Shown here in pieces: positions 16,038 through 24,032 of a stretch of DNA of 30,825 bases. Numbering within the stretch: the first letter of the stretch is position 1; each line of letters begins with the position of its first letter. The translations under genes were made by a program, and so were the position numbers. This DNA comes from a virus. Lineage: Duplodnaviria; Caudoviricetes. The stretch spans positions 1-30,825 of IMG/VR virus record IMGVR_UViG_3300013767_000006. One strand, written 5' to 3'. The notes beneath the pieces were generated by a model. The model was not told where the DNA came from, did no database searches, and saw nothing but the letters and a program-made list of their open reading frames with translations.

Positions 16038-18977
16038 ATGCCATCACCGAATTCTCCGCAGCAGATTACGCAGCGGGGCCAAGCGGGTCCATCCGCATCC
16101 CAGCGGACCACCTTCAGCACCCCGCAGGCCCATCCCGTAGACACCTTCGCGGCCCCCGCCCAAGACCCCACGCTGAATGGCCTCCTCAATGGTCTGAAGA
16201 GCTTCAACCCGGCCCTTGAGCAGTACGTGAAGGTACAGGGACACAAGGAGGCTGACGCAGCGTTCCGTGAGGGCACCGCTCAGGGTCAACTTGCGGATGC
16301 CTCTGCGGGTGACGGCAATGGCCCCATCCAAGTTCCACCGCCCCCTGAGGAATCGCGGGTGGACCCTGCGTTCCTCCCCTCGTTCTCTGAAGGTTACCGT
16401 AAGGCCGTCGGTGCGAAGATTGGCAACCAGATCAGCAATGACATTCTGGGCCAGTACGAGCAGGGTAAGAACGCGGATGACTTCGACCCCGAAGCCTTCT
16501 TAGCTCAGCACACCCGAGAGCAGACGCGGGGCATCACTGACCCTTCCATCAAGGAGTCCGTAGCGAAGGCCGTAGCGACCACCGCTGCGGCTGTCCGTGG
16601 GGACTTCCGCCAGGTGCAACTTCAGCGCCTCAAGGAGAATGCCACGCAGACCCTATCGTCTCTGGTGGGCTCCGCTATGGACCCAACGAAGACGGCTGAG
16701 CAGCAGTACCAAGCCTTGGTCAGTGACGTAGAGCCCGTGCGGAAGCAGATGGGCCTACAGACCCGCGCTGAGATGGCCGAGATGGTCTTGCAGCAGGCAC
16801 AGATGAACTCCTCCAAGAAGGGCGGTCAGCCTGAGCTGTTCGACATCTTCACCAACTTCAAGGACCCCGCAACGGGCCTGACGCTGGCCGATATGAACCC
16901 GAAGCTGAAGGCGCACATTGCCTCCGCACGGGAACAGGCGGTCAGCCAGCAGAACAAGCGGATTGAACAGGGCCAGCAGGTAGACTTCTTCAATCGGACG
17001 GTGGCTGATGAGGAAGCCGCCAAGGCTGGGCAGGTTCCCAAGCCGGAAGACTTCGTGAGCCGCATCGGGCCACTCAATCAGTTCCAGAATGCCAGCGCAG
17101 CGATGTCTGAATATCGCCGCTTGCAGGAGCTTTCGGAGAAGGCTCAGGTAACTACGCAGTCCGTAGCGGCCATCGGTAACGGGAATGGGTGGGGACTCAC
17201 CAAAGAACACGCTCAGAAGGCGATGGACACCATCACTGACCCTGACGTGAAGACACTCATGCAGGTTGCGACCTCCGCTCAAGGGGGCGACCCCTCGCGT
17301 CTCCCTGAGGTCCAGCAGGCGATTCGTTCCATCGTGGACATCACGGGGCGCTCTGGGCGCAGTGACATTGCGAACAGCAAGCTCAAGGGCCTCATCGACG
17401 GAAACATCAATGCAGTCCCTCCGAAGGATGGGCAGCCTTCGAGTCAGTTTAAGCTGGCGGCAGCTCTTTATGCTGGCCTACCTGACCAAATCCGCAGCTT
17501 GTACTTCGATGAGAAGGCTCAGGCTGTGTTTGGCTCCTACCAACAAGACCGCGAAAGCGGCGTAGACGATAGCACCGCGTACCAGAACGCCTACCGCTCG
17601 ATGTCCCCAGAGGGCATCAAGTTGGCGAAGGAGCTGACCAGCAATTCCGAATGGAAGGCTCGCGTCGCCAAGCAGGTATCGGGGCTCACAACGTCTTGGT
17701 ATCAGCGCATCCCTGTGATTGGTCGGGCCTTTGGTGGCACCCCGCAGAATGAGGAGAACACCACCGCATGGGCACGGCTCCAGCTTCAGGACTACTACAC
17801 GCGCAACCCCACGGCATCTGAAGACCAAGCTAAGGCGTGGATTCAGGGCCAGGTGCAGGCCAACTTCGTCTATGACCCTGTGAACAAGGTGGACCTCCGC
17901 GTCCCCCCGAACCAGGCGAATGACCAGACGCAGGAAGCCGTGAAGTCGTATCTGGAGAAGGCGAGGGAGAAGTATGGCAAGGAGGTGAGTCCGGGGCTCA
18001 TCTACGGCAGCGATGGCAAGTACCAACTCGCAGCCTTCGTCAATGGGGCTCCCATCCACAAGCTGGAGGACGTGACCTTTGACCAGATCACCGCTCAGAA
18101 CGCCACTCAGAAAGTCCTGAACGACACCGAGCGGGCCTCCTTCAATGACCTGAAGACCAAGCTGAACGCTGGAACAGCGACATCCGCAGACCTCGCAGGG
18201 GCCTCCGCTCTGCTCGCCAAGGCCACAAGCCTCGGGCAGATCAACGAGACCACTCAAGGACAAATCCGAAAGGTCCAGCAGTCAGCCTTCACGGATGCCA
18301 ACTCCCGCCGCTTCCTGTTCCCCACGGGTCCCGCAGACTTCACGGGACTATCCGGGTCTCGCCTCACGGGGCAGGGTTCGAAGATTCAGGTGAACCAGGC
18401 GGGCAACTTCATGAACTCGATGGACTACTCCTCTGCCCTCACAGCGATGGGCGAAGGGCTGGTCCTGAAGGCGACGCCTGATCCGAACCCGAAGGCTGGG
18501 AACAACATCGGCTATGGGTACAACCTGAACGCCAATGCTGCCACGGTGGCGGAGGACTTCCGCAGGGCAGGCATCCCCGTGGAGAAGCTGGAGGGCATCA
18601 AAGCAGGCACGGTCCAGATTACCCAAGAGCAGGCAGCAAGGCTCCTTCAGGTAACCAAGCCGCGCTACACGAAGCTCGCTCAGGACTCCGTAGACGCCAT
18701 CAAGCCTGGCATGTGGTCAACCATGAGCGAGGGCCAGAAGGCCGCTCTCGTGGATGTTGCCTACCAGACTGGCAACCCCAGCCAGTTCAAGACCGCACTG
18801 GGCAAGCTCGCAGCGGGCGACGCTCAGGGATTCCAAGACTCGCTGAAGGTCACCTACGTGAACTCCGCAGGGAGCCGCGTGGAGGACACGAGGCGCAACA
18901 AGCTCCGCACGTTAATGATTAATGGTCCGTCCGCATTCCTTCAAGGCATCAGGGAGGCTGCGCGGACCTCTGGGTAA
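16038..18977 (+). CDS. Internal virion protein C (gp15-position) with C-terminal lysozyme-like domain
   Basis: Large helical protein; C-terminal EGLVLKATPD...IGYGYNL...ITQEQA...AALVDVAYQTG resembles a T4-lysozyme-like fold. Confidence 0.8.
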   Translation: MPSPNSPQQITQRGQAGPSASQRTTFSTPQAHPVDTFAAPAQDPTLNGLLNGLKSFNPALEQYVKVQGHKEADAAFREGTAQGQLADASAGDGNGPIQVPPPPEESRVDPAFLPSFSEGYRKAVGAKIGNQISNDILGQYEQGKNADDFDPEAFLAQHTREQTRGITDPSIKESVAKAVATTAAAVRGDFRQVQLQRLKENATQTLSSLVGSAMDPTKTAEQQYQALVSDVEPVRKQMGLQTRAEMAEMVLQQAQMNSSKKGGQPELFDIFTNFKDPATGLTLADMNPKLKAHIASAREQAVSQQNKRIEQGQQVDFFNRTVADEEAAKAGQVPKPEDFVSRIGPLNQFQNASAAMSEYRRLQELSEKAQVTTQSVAAIGNGNGWGLTKEHAQKAMDTITDPDVKTLMQVATSAQGGDPSRLPEVQQAIRSIVDITGRSGRSDIANSKLKGLIDGNINAVPPKDGQPSSQFKLAAALYAGLPDQIRSLYFDEKAQAVFGSYQQDRESGVDDSTAYQNAYRSMSPEGIKLAKELTSNSEWKARVAKQVSGLTTSWYQRIPVIGRAFGGTPQNEENTTAWARLQLQDYYTRNPTASEDQAKAWIQGQVQANFVYDPVNKVDLRVPPNQANDQTQEAVKSYLEKAREKYGKEVSPGLIYGSDGKYQLAAFVNGAPIHKLEDVTFDQITAQNATQKVLNDTERASFNDLKTKLNAGTATSADLAGASALLAKATSLGQINETTQGQIRKVQQSAFTDANSRRFLFPTGPADFTGLSGSRLTGQGSKIQVNQAGNFMNSMDYSSALTAMGEGLVLKATPDPNPKAGNNIGYGYNLNANAATVAEDFRRAGIPVEKLEGIKAGTVQITQEQAARLLQVTKPRYTKLAQDSVDAIKPGMWSTMSEGQKAALVDVAYQTGNPSQFKTALGKLAAGDAQGFQDSLKVTYVNSAGSRVEDTRRNKLRTLMINGPSAFLQGIREAARTSG

Positions 18978-18983
18978 GCGCAC

Positions 18984-21900
18984 ATGGCAGACACCATTCA
19001 ATCAGCAGTAGACGCAGTACGGGCGGACCAGCAGGCTAACCCCAGCACCGCCCCGGTAATTCAGCAGCAGCCCTACCCTGTCCCTCAGTACCAGCAGATT
19101 ACCGAGAGGCAGGCACGGGAACAAGGCAAGACCGCTGCGGATTATCTCGGTGCGATGTGGCGTCAGGACTCATGGATTCCTGGCGCTATTGACCACTACG
19201 CAGGTAACCAGCTCCAGCCGGATGAGTCCTACAACCCTCACCAAGAGGACACGTGGAAGGGTCTGACGGATGGCATCTGGCCTGAGTTCCACAATCAGCT
19301 TGCACAGGCCACCTCGGCTGGTCAGGCTGCATGGATCAAGCAGAACATCCTTCAGAAGCAGAAGGACCTGGCTGACTTGGGGGACCTCGGAACGGCTGGG
19401 AACGTTGGTCGCTTTGCTGCTGGTCTTGGGTTCGGCCTTATCGACCCCATCAACTTAGCTGCTATGGTCGCTTCAGGCGGCGTGTCGATGGCTGCGAAGG
19501 CTGGGCAGGTGGCTGTGCAGGCCAATCGGGCTCGCCAAGTGGCCGCTGGTCTAGGGACTGCTGGTGTCCTTGGGGCTGCCACGGAGAAGCTCCGACAGAA
19601 TTACAACTTCGAGGATGACTCGACGGCAGTCCTTCAAGCTGGCGTGGCCTCTATGGCTTTCTCAGCTCCGTTCATTGGCCTTCACCTCCGTGAGCAGGCC
19701 CGCCTTCAGAAAGCCGCAGGAATCGAGAGGCAGGCGCTAGACTCCCTCACGAAGCTCCAGCGGGGCGAAGAGTTGGCTCCCCATGAGACCGCCAGCCTGA
19801 AGACCTACGCGGACAACGTGGCGAAGGTTGCGGAGGTAGAGGCAGGCCACGCTTCCCCGGACGCCCTGCAAGGTGCCATCAGGACCTATGGGGCGGAGCC
19901 CATCAAGTTCACCCCCGAGCAACGCAAGGCCTACGCAGATGCCTTTGCAGCTCATGATGCGGAACTGGCTGCCCTCAAGAAAACCCAGCTCAATGATGTC
20001 TGGAACGACAGCCACGTAGCGAAGGCCAGCGAGGACCAGCGGGTAGCCGATGTCCTGACTCGGGTGAACGGCCCTGACACTCAGCCCACGGCCATGCAGC
20101 TCGCTTTCGCTAAGGCCCTCGGTAAGAAGCCAGAAGAAGTCGCCCCGGCCCCTTCAGCCACCCCGAAGGTTATCCACGAGGAACCCCACACGATGTCTCA
20201 CGAGACCGTCTGGTGGGATGACGGTACAGGCATCAACGAAGGCCGGGTGGTCGATACGGACTCTAACGGCAACCTCACGGTAGAGCACCCGGAGACCGGA
20301 GAGACCACCGTAGTCAACCGGCAGGACCTACACGACCTCTCCCCCGGCTACCGTGCTCCTGAGCCCGCTACGGGCTTCCTAGGGGGCTCTATCGGTGCTG
20401 CTCAGGTTGGTCATGTTGGCGGCCTGTGGGAGCAATCCACTGCAATGGCTGCTACCCCTGCGAAGGGCTGGCTGCCCAGCATCCCCACCCGCTGGGACTT
20501 CTTCACCCACCTCAACCAGTCCGAGAACCCTCACCTCCAGTTCCTCGGCTACAAGCTGGTCAAGGATGCTATCGGCATCGACAAGTACGAAGCACAGGGT
20601 TGGTCTGCATCGGAGCTGAAGAGCCACTACCGCCGCACGATGGGCGGTCAGTTCCATCAGGAAGCCCGCCAGGCATTCGATGAAGCCGTGAAGGCTCGTG
20701 GGCTGTCGTGGGGCAAAGCCATCGGCTTCCACAAGCAGTTCTATGAGGATGTCGCTCGGGTAGCCCGTGGGGACTCTGATGTCCTCCGTGCAAACCAAGA
20801 CATCGCTCCGCAGCTCCAGCGGGCCGCCAAGCAGATGCAGGACTTCTACGCAGGGATGCGGGAGAAGCTCATCAAGGCTGGCGTGCAGGGCGCTGAGGAC
20901 CTCCCTGAGAATCCCCAGTACGTAACCCGCCAGTGGAGGCAGGACAACATCCGTGAAGCTCATGCGCGCTACGGGGATGACCTGTACAACATGCTCGGGG
21001 ACGCCATCAACATCCCGGGTATCTCCCATGCTGACCGTGCGGTGAAGGCCAAGAAGTTCCTCGATACCGTGATGAAGCTGGAGTTCAGTCACGTCATGCA
21101 GGACATCCACTTGTACTCGCGGGATGCTCTGACGCTCCGGGAGGAGCTGGGCAAGGCTGGGCTGGCGGACCATGAGATTAACAACCTCGTGGACCTGATG
21201 TTCGAGCGGAGGCCTGGCGAGACCGGCGCGGGCAATCCGGGGAACCTGAAGGCCCGCCTGAACCTCAACGAGAACTTCTCGGCTCGCATGCGGGACGGCT
21301 CCGTCTTCCGCGTGGCTGACCTTTTCGAGAATGACTCACGGGTTCTGGTGGACCGCTACTTGAACTCAATGGGTGGTCACCTGGCTCTCGCTGAGGTAGG
21401 CATCCGGTCCCGTGCGGAGTTCATGAGGATCATGCGCGAGGCTGAGAAGCACCACGCTGAGAATGCCTCCATGACCCAGAGCGCGGAGAAGTTCAACCGC
21501 AACAAGCAGTTCGCTCAGGACCTCTACGACAACATCACAGGGAGGCCGATGAGTACCCAGAGCTTCAACCGTGCGGACAGGTTCTTGACGGCCAGCCGGG
21601 CTGTTACGCGGTCCTCCATGCTGGGCCAGCTTGGGCTGATGTCTGCGCTGGAGATGAAGAACGCTCTGGCCCTGTCATCGTTCCGCGCCATGCGGCTCCA
21701 CATGCCTACGCTGTTCGGCATCCTCCGCAGCTTCAGGGCGGGTCATAAGCCTTCCCAAGCCCTCGCTAGGGACATCGAGATGATTGTTGGCTTTGGCCGT
21801 GAGCACGTCGCTGGCTACTCCCGTCAGAACGAGATTACGGACTTCACCTACGACCGGGGTCTGAATCGCTACGAGAACGTCAGCAACACGCTCTCCCATG

Positions 21901-22817
21901 CGGTGGATTTCATGTCCGGCAACTCCCACTTCACCTCAGCTACCCGCAACCTCACTGGCCGAATGATGGTCCAGAAGCACATGGACTTCGCCACCGAGCG
22001 GGTGAAGATGAGCGAGTCCCAGAAGCATCGGATGGTGCATCAGGGGGTCTCTTACGATGACATCGACAGTGTTCATGCGGCGCTCAAGAAGTACGCCACC
22101 GTGGACCCTGAGAATGGAGCCGTAAAGGAAATCAACTGGGAGGACTGGAGTAGAGACCGACCGGGCAGCTACAGCCAGTTCCAACTACTGATGTCCCGCG
22201 AGGTTCGTGATGCCATTCAGGATCATGACATCGGGGAGACCATCCCGTTCCAGCACACGACCGTGGGGAAAATCTTCACGGAGCTGAAGACGTTCTCAGT
22301 GGCCGCGCATGTCAAGCAGTTCCTCAAGGGCATGCACTACCGGGACTCGACCACGCTGGTGCAGTGGCTCATTTCGTTTGTCGGGGCCAGCTTGGAGTAC
22401 TCCATGCAGCAGTCCATCAACCTGGCACATGACCCCGACAAGCTGGCTGAGAGGCTCAATCCCGCCTCCATCGCCATCTCAGCGATTCCCCGCATGTCCG
22501 TGCTGGGCCTCCTGCCGAACCTGATGGAGACCATCTACAACCCCATCTCCGGGGGCCAGCAGCTCTTCGCTAACGGCACCGCTAACACGGACAACCGGAA
22601 CCTGTTCATCACCCCTTCGATGACGCAGGCGATTCGGTTAATGTCTCTGGGCCAGGTAACGCTGGGCAGCCTGAACCCGATGAGCACCAACACCATCACG
22701 CAGAAGGACATGCGAGATGCGCTGTACGCAATCCCCGGGGGCAACCTCTACGGGATGCGGAACCTGAACGACATGATCAGCTCGCAGTTCCCGAAGTACA
22801 AGCCACACCAGCAGTAA
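18984..22817 (+). CDS. Internal virion (ejection) protein D (T7 gp16-position)
   Basis: 1277 aa; third core-protein gene before the tail genes; DPINL plus Gly/Ala hydrophobic segment, and C-terminal GKIFTELKTF pattern. Confidence 0.8.
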   Translation: MADTIQSAVDAVRADQQANPSTAPVIQQQPYPVPQYQQITERQAREQGKTAADYLGAMWRQDSWIPGAIDHYAGNQLQPDESYNPHQEDTWKGLTDGIWPEFHNQLAQATSAGQAAWIKQNILQKQKDLADLGDLGTAGNVGRFAAGLGFGLIDPINLAAMVASGGVSMAAKAGQVAVQANRARQVAAGLGTAGVLGAATEKLRQNYNFEDDSTAVLQAGVASMAFSAPFIGLHLREQARLQKAAGIERQALDSLTKLQRGEELAPHETASLKTYADNVAKVAEVEAGHASPDALQGAIRTYGAEPIKFTPEQRKAYADAFAAHDAELAALKKTQLNDVWNDSHVAKASEDQRVADVLTRVNGPDTQPTAMQLAFAKALGKKPEEVAPAPSATPKVIHEEPHTMSHETVWWDDGTGINEGRVVDTDSNGNLTVEHPETGETTVVNRQDLHDLSPGYRAPEPATGFLGGSIGAAQVGHVGGLWEQSTAMAATPAKGWLPSIPTRWDFFTHLNQSENPHLQFLGYKLVKDAIGIDKYEAQGWSASELKSHYRRTMGGQFHQEARQAFDEAVKARGLSWGKAIGFHKQFYEDVARVARGDSDVLRANQDIAPQLQRAAKQMQDFYAGMREKLIKAGVQGAEDLPENPQYVTRQWRQDNIREAHARYGDDLYNMLGDAINIPGISHADRAVKAKKFLDTVMKLEFSHVMQDIHLYSRDALTLREELGKAGLADHEINNLVDLMFERRPGETGAGNPGNLKARLNLNENFSARMRDGSVFRVADLFENDSRVLVDRYLNSMGGHLALAEVGIRSRAEFMRIMREAEKHHAENASMTQSAEKFNRNKQFAQDLYDNITGRPMSTQSFNRADRFLTASRAVTRSSMLGQLGLMSALEMKNALALSSFRAMRLHMPTLFGILRSFRAGHKPSQALARDIEMIVGFGREHVAGYSRQNEITDFTYDRGLNRYENVSNTLSHAVDFMSGNSHFTSATRNLTGRMMVQKHMDFATERVKMSESQKHRMVHQGVSYDDIDSVHAALKKYATVDPENGAVKEINWEDWSRDRPGSYSQFQLLMSREVRDAIQDHDIGETIPFQHTTVGKIFTELKTFSVAAHVKQFLKGMHYRDSTTLVQWLISFVGASLEYSMQQSINLAHDPDKLAERLNPASIAISAIPRMSVLGLLPNLMETIYNPISGGQQLFANGTANTDNRNLFITPSMTQAIRLMSLGQVTLGSLNPMSTNTITQKDMRDALYAIPGGNLYGMRNLNDMISSQFPKYKPHQQ

Positions 22818-22874
22818 ATCCCTCCGGGCCGCCACCTCTTGCGTGGCCTACCCCTCCCTCCTGACATCCACTCA

Positions 22875-23519
22875 ATGCCACAAATCAGCAGCTATGCTGA
22901 TGGGGCCAGCGCACGCTTCGCGGTCCCTCTGCATAACAAACAGGCCACCGCAACGGTGGACGGAAGTGCGGCAACCATCAGCTCTCAAGGGGACTTCTCA
23001 GTAACCTTGGCGAGTGCCCCTGCCGCAGGCGCTAAGGTAGTCATCACCTTCACAGCAGTAACCCCGGTCAAGCCGGGTGTCACTCTCCTCGCGCAGTCAG
23101 CCACAGCCGTGTCCGTAACGGGGACACTGACCGAGACCGTCTTCGCAGCCATTCCGCTCCTCGCCAGAACCATCGGTGAAAACGGAATGCTCCGCGTGAC
23201 CATGCTGTGGAGCTACACGAATAGCGCCAACTCGAAGACGCTCCGGACGAAACTGGGCGGAACTTCGTTCTTCACCTCTCAGCCGACCACCACGGTAGCC
23301 GCACGGGTGGTTCTGGAGCTTCGCAACCGCAACTCCCTCACCTCGCAAGTCTCGTTCAACGCGACCACAACGCTGGCTCTGGGGACGAGTGGCGCAGCTA
23401 ACGCTACCTATTCCATCGACCTGTCCGTGGACCAGACGTTGCAGATTACCGCTCAACTGGCGGCCACTGGCGAGGTCATCACTCTCGAAGGCTACACCGT
23501 GGAGGCTGTGAACCCGTAA
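22875..23519 (+). CDS. Putative small tail appendage / decoration protein
   Basis: Thr/Ala/Ser-rich beta protein; N-terminal ~60 aa resemble the N-terminus of the tail spike at 24033. Confidence 0.6.
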   Translation: MPQISSYADGASARFAVPLHNKQATATVDGSAATISSQGDFSVTLASAPAAGAKVVITFTAVTPVKPGVTLLAQSATAVSVTGTLTETVFAAIPLLARTIGENGMLRVTMLWSYTNSANSKTLRTKLGGTSFFTSQPTTTVAARVVLELRNRNSLTSQVSFNATTTLALGTSGAANATYSIDLSVDQTLQITAQLAATGEVITLEGYTVEAVNP

Positions 23520-23695
23520 TGATTCAGATTCCAGTAGTAACCACTCAGAACCCGGACGGCACCGAGATTCACTCCCCGGAGAGTTCCATCCCGAGTAACG
23601 CCACGTGGGTTGTGTGTGATGGTGAGAACTACACCGTCTATCAACCTGGCGATGAGCTGCCCTCGCTAGGGGCCTCCGAAGTTGCCGAAGACTGA
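23519..23695 (+). CDS. Small acidic protein (58 aa; not in ORF track), possible assembly chaperone
   Basis: TAATG overlap, GGAGG SD; MIQIPVVTTQNPDG...VVCDGENYTVYQPGDELP...ED. Confidence 0.6.
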   Translation: MIQIPVVTTQNPDGTEIHSPESSIPSNATWVVCDGENYTVYQPGDELPSLGASEVAED

Positions 23696-24011
23696 GGCAA
23701 AACGTCCCCGAGGTGTTCGCATCTTGGGGAAGCAGTACGCCATCTCTTACCTCCCTGAGGACTCCCTTCCGGATGTCTATGGCCTTTGCCACAAGGGCTA
23801 TCAGCGTATTGAGGTGAGAGACGGTCTCCCAGCAGGTGAAGAAGTAGACACCGTTCTCCACGAGGTCCTTCACGCAATCGTCTTCGGGATGGGCCTTCGG
23901 TCCTCCCCCGCCACCGAGGAGAAGTTCGTTCTGACCATCGCGTCAGGGCTTCTCAGTGTCCTTCAGGACAACCCTCGCTTTGCACAGTGGCTCATTCAGC
24001 CGCGCACCTAA
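23682..24011 (+). CDS. Minimal HEXXH metallopeptidase-like protein
   Basis: VRILGKQY...YGLC...IEV...DTVLHEVLHAI. Confidence 0.7.
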   Translation: MPKTEAKRPRGVRILGKQYAISYLPEDSLPDVYGLCHKGYQRIEVRDGLPAGEEVDTVLHEVLHAIVFGMGLRSSPATEEKFVLTIASGLLSVLQDNPRFAQWLIQPRT

Positions 24012-24032
24012 ACATCTCCCATTGGAGCTTTA

